A DNA stretch of 60,771 nucleotides, counting the filler. It is 6 parts of 6 records of this genome, joined end to end, with 100 filler letters (N's around TTAATTAATTAA, not from the genome) between each part and the next. Parts side by side here need not be neighbours in the genome. Positions count along the whole stretch, not along the records: positions 54,329 to 60,771 come from SRR31156797_27780; 5 more parts are not named here. One strand, written 5' to 3'. Positions 60,663-60,771 of this stretch are shown here, in pieces. Both the position numbers and the translations under genes were made by a program. How positions within the stretch are numbered: position 1 is the first letter of the stretch; the number at the start of each line of letters is the position of its first letter. The notes beneath the pieces are model-generated. The model did not search any database. It worked only from the letters and a program-made list of their open reading frames with translations, and was not told where the DNA came from.

Positions 60663-60771
60663 TGCACAATCCCGGCTCCAAAAGCCTCAAAAACAGTTCT
60701 CAACGAGGTTTCACACGACGTCGCTTCTTTCCTGCTATAAGGTACCGCTCTGTCCTCCTTCACTCACCTAC

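Overview
The window is not one locus. It is six unrelated contigs joined by 100-nt artificial spacers (N44-TTAATTAATTAA-N44) at 21688-21787, 34237-34336, 40629-40728, 47921-48020 and 54229-54328, so neighbourhood arguments hold only within a contig. Lineages below are guesses from composition and protein style. Contig 1 (1-21687, Desulfobacterota-like): serine hydrolase, a radical-SAM/AhpD chimera, SDR-LysR, gshB-ABC-GST, a PKD protein, UvrD, dhaKLM and a Tat-flavoprotein module. Contig 2 (21788-34236): aroK behind an apparent Trp/Phe/Tyr leader-peptide attenuator, an RND pump, an EF-hand membrane protein, an EndoQ-UvrD fusion and Lhr. Contig 3 (34337-40628, very AT-rich, possibly Fusobacteriota) is the most interesting. 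It holds a HEPN-motif protein, an XRE operon with a long structured leader and an antisense sRNA, and a cassette the ORF track misses entirely. That cassette runs: promoter, ~110-nt sRNA, terminator, promoter, structured 5' UTR complementary to the sRNA, 24-aa hydrophobic peptide ORF, anti-SD fold-back element, divergent orphan 5S-rRNA-like RNA, terminator. It looks like a tandem type I toxin-antitoxin system whose mRNA carries a 5S-like domain. Contigs 4-5 (spirochaete-like) carry housekeeping and transport genes and a truncated tRNA-Leu. Contig 6 (high GC) carries a group 3b [NiFe] sulfhydrogenase operon with its maturation protease and a two-component pair.
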